NCBI GenBank assembly: GCA_951406725.2
Contig: OX597839.1
Span: forward strand, 31,124,001 to 31,188,000
Length of the DNA stretch: 64,000 bases
Reading direction: 5' to 3'
Source: Octopus vulgaris
Taxonomy: Eukaryota
Shown here: piece by piece, positions 59,816 through 64,000 of the stretch
How positions within the stretch are numbered: position 1 is the first letter of the stretch
Layout of the letters: every line of letters starts with the position of its first letter
Made by a program: the position numbers and the translations under genes
Notes under the pieces: model-generated
What the model was told of the DNA's origin: nothing
Seen by the model: only the letters and a program-made list of their open reading frames with translations
Databases searched by the model: none

Positions 59816-61299
59816 CTGTAAACAAATACAAGAAACAGATTTAATTTTTTTCAAAAATACACGTCTACATTTGCCCTAATAACATCAAATTAAACGTGAT
59901 TACGAAATAATGATATCAACAAAAACGGGGGATGGTTAATTAAGGGACGTGTATAGGAAGGAAGGTGGTGGTGATTTCGTAAAAGGGACTCCAGATATGA
60001 ATGGAAATATATTTTCAAGCATTAATTATCCTTTTTCTTTATTATTATTACAAACTAACAGACAGACAGACAGACCAACTAATGAATGGAGACAACGAGC
60101 GAGCAAGTGGTTAATTTAATTATAAGGTTAAATTAAACGACAGTGCGTCCAGATAAAAGAGCAGATCATTACCCACCCCTTTTCGCGTGTCTAAATGTGG
60201 TTCTACTAAAAACACAGGTAGTGTACAGAAGACACAACCTTTATCTATTATATATATATATATATATACATATATATGTATGTACATATATGTATATATA
60301 TATATATATATAATCATGAAATAAGGGCAAAGGTCATAAAAAAATCTCAATTTCATGTGATTACAGAGAATGGGAGAAAGGAACGAAAGATAATGGACCC
60401 TAGTCAAGTTACATGGCAAACAATCTGACTAAATTAAAACAATGTTGCATATCTTTACATCTACCTATAAACATAGAACAATCAACCGAAATATTTACTT
60501 AAGGCATTAACAAAACTGACATACGGCTTTTAGGCCAACATATTTTGAAGGAGAAACGACAGATTGTGAGGGGGGAAATGATGTTGAACACATCCAAAAA
60601 TAACGATACTAAGAATTTTAAATATATACATATATATATGTGTATATAAGGAATAGGAAACGAGTGTCTGGGAACGATTTGTGAACATCTAGAATTAGAC
60701 GAGAAAGAATCTGGTAGATTACATTAATACAATTATACAATCAATGTACCATTTCACATGTGATCGCTACGTGGATGGCTTTCAAAGCTGAACACACACG
60801 GGCATGTACATACATATATAGGTATGTCTATATATGTGTATATACGCATGTACATATTATATATTATACAAACTACATATGTATACATACATATTATTTA
60901 TATATTTATATATATACGCAAACTACAACATATATATTTATACATGTCAGTGTATATGTGTATAAAGTAGATCGTTATTTTTTCTTCTTCTGGTTCGGGC
61001 TTCTTGTAAGCCATACACGTATACAGAAAAACTAGGAGAGGGACAAGAGCAGTGGAAGAGAAACGTCAGATGATGGTTAAAGGGAGGGAGAGATGGTGAG
61101 ACGGGAAGCGATCTGCCGTCGTCAATGGGGAGAAGCGATCGTTAGATGAGTCAATCGGAATGAAAAGAAAAGGGGGAAAAAAGCGACAAGAAACAATGGC
61201 AGAGACATTATTAGAGAAAATGGTGACGAATGTTAAAAATCAAAGAAATTGGAAGTACGGTGAGCAAAGTGTTTTCCCTACCAGCAGGCAACAATAGCT

Positions 61300-61485
61300 A
61301 CCGTCCAACGTTTTATACGTACCCCGGTTAGAAAGAGAACAGACTCTCTCCGCCTGCGCACATGTTATTACACTCAGATACGAATGAAAGCCGCTTCTCA
61401 TTGGCTAATGCAATCACCTACGTCATAATAGTGTGTATATATATATTATATATACATATACGTGTATGTATGCATGTATGTGTGA

Positions 61486-61536
<51 letters not shown>

Positions 61537-61566
61537 TATATATATGTGTGTGTATGTATATCTGTG

Positions 61567-61610
<44 letters not shown>

Positions 61611-62360
61611 CAATGTGTGTGCAAAATGTATGTGTATTGGTATGGTTTTCCCTTAGTAAATCCTCTCTTCTCTCTCTCCTCGCACCACACAAATGCTTAT
61701 TTTATATTATTTTATTATTTTTTTTTTAGTCGTGTAAAATGTCGCGTAGATGGCTTCTTGCATCAAGAATTGACCCCTTTTTCCCCCGAATTTTTTCCCC
61801 CAGAAGAAAAAGTAGCAAACAAGGTAGCAGAGAAACTTTCAGCCAATCAGTGAAGCCGTAACATAATCGCTCGTGTCTCTATGGCAAGATTTTTTTTCTT
61901 CTTCTTCTTATGACAGATTCTCGTTCTCAAAGTTTAACTCAATAATAATTACCATATTTTAGTTCTTCAACGAAGGCACCGAACAAAAATTTAAAAAGTG
62001 CAACAAACATCAACTGTAAAATACATCAAAGTCTAATGTACTATATACATACATAAATATATGTTACATATATTCTATATATATGTGTGTGTTAGACGTG
62101 TGTGTGTTCTTGAGAAACTATTTCCTCTGTTATCGGAGCAAAAGAGGCCGCCGTCTCTTCTGTGTTGACGTCGACATTTGCTGGGAGCCACGTGTGACAA
62201 AGACCTGCCAGAGTGTCAGAAGGAATGGGGAAAGCAAATAAATAAAAAAATATCTTGACAGTTTAACACAATAAAAGAATGAGGTGGGAGTGGTGAGTGA
62301 GTGGAGAGAGACACACAGAGCCGCTACCACCACCACCACCACCACCACCTCCTCACATGC
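61300..62360. promoter_or_regulatory. CpG-rich promoter-like cluster
   Basis: NRF1-like CGCCTGCGCA (about 61351), CCAAT boxes (ATTGG about 61400, AGCCAATCAG about 61841), TACGTCA, X-box-like GTCTCTATGGCAAG (61875-61888), TGACGTC and CACGTG (about 62167-62194); SINE-free. Confidence 0.45.
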
Positions 62361-62507
62361 GGGGACGGAGACGGAGAAGGAGAAATAGTTTTCTAATTAC
62401 GAAAAGGACTTGATCGATTCTGTTTGTTTGGTGTTTGCCGATTTGATTAATACAGTTATTGATCTTTGATCAACTTAGACAGACACACACAAATATATGA
62501 ATATACA

Positions 62508-62539
<32 letters not shown>

Positions 62540-63044
62540 GATAGATATATATATAGATATATGTATGTATATATATAAATAGATATGTTGTATATATATA
62601 GAGAGAGAGACAGACAGACAGACAGACATAGAGCTTTATATACTAACAAAAGTACGTATAAAAAAAACTATATACACACACACCCAATACGTATGTGACA
62701 TGGGTAAATATTTGGATAGCAGATCTTGAATTGTCAACGGAAGGTTTTATCACAATGAAACTATTCTTTAAAAAATACTTTTGTGAGCAAAATACATTTA
62801 CTTACATAAATATAAATATTCTCAATTCGCTTATTGTCAGCCTATTCATGTTGACATGGTTTGGACGGAGACGTACTGAAGACAGGATTTTACACCCGGA
62901 CGCTCTTCCTGTTGCCAACTCTCATTGTTCTAGTGCGAGATTTCCTATTTCGCACGTTTTGAAAACCCAAAAGGACTGATTATAGTACCTACATTTACAC
63001 ACACACACATACACACTTGTTAAATTAGATATACAATCGCCCTG

Positions 63045-63370
63045 TGACACTTCTGGCAAGTGCCTGCTACAAAAGCCACGGGCCGACTAAGGCCTTGTGA
63101 ATTCATTTGGTAGATGGAAACTGAAAGAAGTCTTTTGTATATATATATATATGTGTGTGTGTGTGTCTTGGTGTCTATGTTTGTCCCCCACCACTGCTTG
63201 ACAGCCGGTGTTGGTGTGTTTACATCCTCGTAATTTAGCGGTTCGGCAAAACAGACCAACAGAATAAGTACAAGGTTTTTAAAAATAAGTACTGGGGTTT
63301 ATTTGTACTAAAAATTCTTCATGGCAGTGCTCCAGCATGGCCACAGTCTAATGAATGAAACAAGTAAAAG
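63045..63370 (+). mobile_element. SINE family A copy (5' truncated)
   Basis: Colinear with family A consensus through the tail. Confidence 0.78.
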
Positions 63371-64000
63371 AAGAAAAAAAGCAAAGATATTGCCATCATT
63401 GAATGTCCGTTTTCCATGCTGGCATGGGTTGGACAGTTTGAGAGGATGTGGTGGGCTGCAGGGCTGCCTCAGACTCCGTTGTCCGTTTTAGCCTCGTTCC
63501 TACAACTGGATGTCCTTCTTAACACCAGCCACCTTACAGAGTGCGAGTGCAGGCTTATTATGTGGCACCGACACCAATGAGGTCACCAAATAATATGTAA
63601 GAGAAGAACAAAGCTGCCTTGCTATAAAAGAGATACGTGGCCACCCTGCATTAAATATTATTTAAGAGGCAGGAGTACCGTAAATCCTTGAGCAGCCCTT
63701 CAGAAATTGAATCTCCTTACGATACTCCTTGAGAGTTCATGGAATGAAATTCATTGCCATTGTTCCAATTTGGTTGCCAATGCTGTGTATTTAATTTTAA
63801 ATACAGTAAAAATAGGGTTGGAGGCTAATTAGGTGGCCTTAAAAAAAAGACATTTTATAGCAGGAGCAAACTAGTTTGTGGCATTGTAGTGGTGATTTGA
63901 AACTGAACTCCCAAGTAACTGGTCTGACACCATGACTGCACTGCAATAGTTTCACTTGATTGGTCTGTTAGGCAACCAATCAGTATCATCAGGCCATTGT

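Noticed and set aside
219-63259. Hundreds of short ORFs such as YIYIYI, CVCVCV, THTHTH, and recurrent peptides like RHLPKV or PSTKSTHK
   Set aside because: Translations of (TA)n/(CA)n microsatellites and of SINE bodies; no splice-consistent gene structure.

Overview
AT-rich animal genomic DNA, dense in microsatellites and SINEs; the repeat families look like those of octopus (inference from repeat sequence, not proven). The main feature is one complete multi-exon gene on the minus strand: vigilin/HDLBP. It has 23 coding exons from 32477 down to 3074, all with GT-AG introns, joining into an open 3750-nt CDS (1249 aa, about 15 KH repeats). A SINE-poor stretch of about 2.8 kb downstream is the probable 3'UTR, and candidate non-coding first exons lie near 42.3-42.6 kb. 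The rest is intronic or intergenic: at least four SINE families, piggyBac-, Tc2- and Tigger-type MITEs, a non-autonomous Helitron, RTE and R4/Dong LINE remnants, and Penelope-like fragments with minimal hammerhead-ribozyme motifs. A second CpG-rich promoter-like zone with non-coding exon signals lies at 58.4-62.4 kb. Most of the short ORFs in the supplied track are microsatellite or SINE artefacts. Best leads: (1) a KH GxxG loop encoded as GQKR (AGA), one A-to-I edit from GQKG; (2) several hammerhead motifs whose decay may be strand-biased; (3) nested inverted repeats around exons 11-12 (a 306-nt in-frame circle candidate); (4) a perfect 18-bp inverted repeat that differs from its parent SINE in both arms and carries TGACGTGG; (5) a polyA hexamer overlapping the stop codon. 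All are hypotheses from reading the sequence by eye; none was computed or searched.
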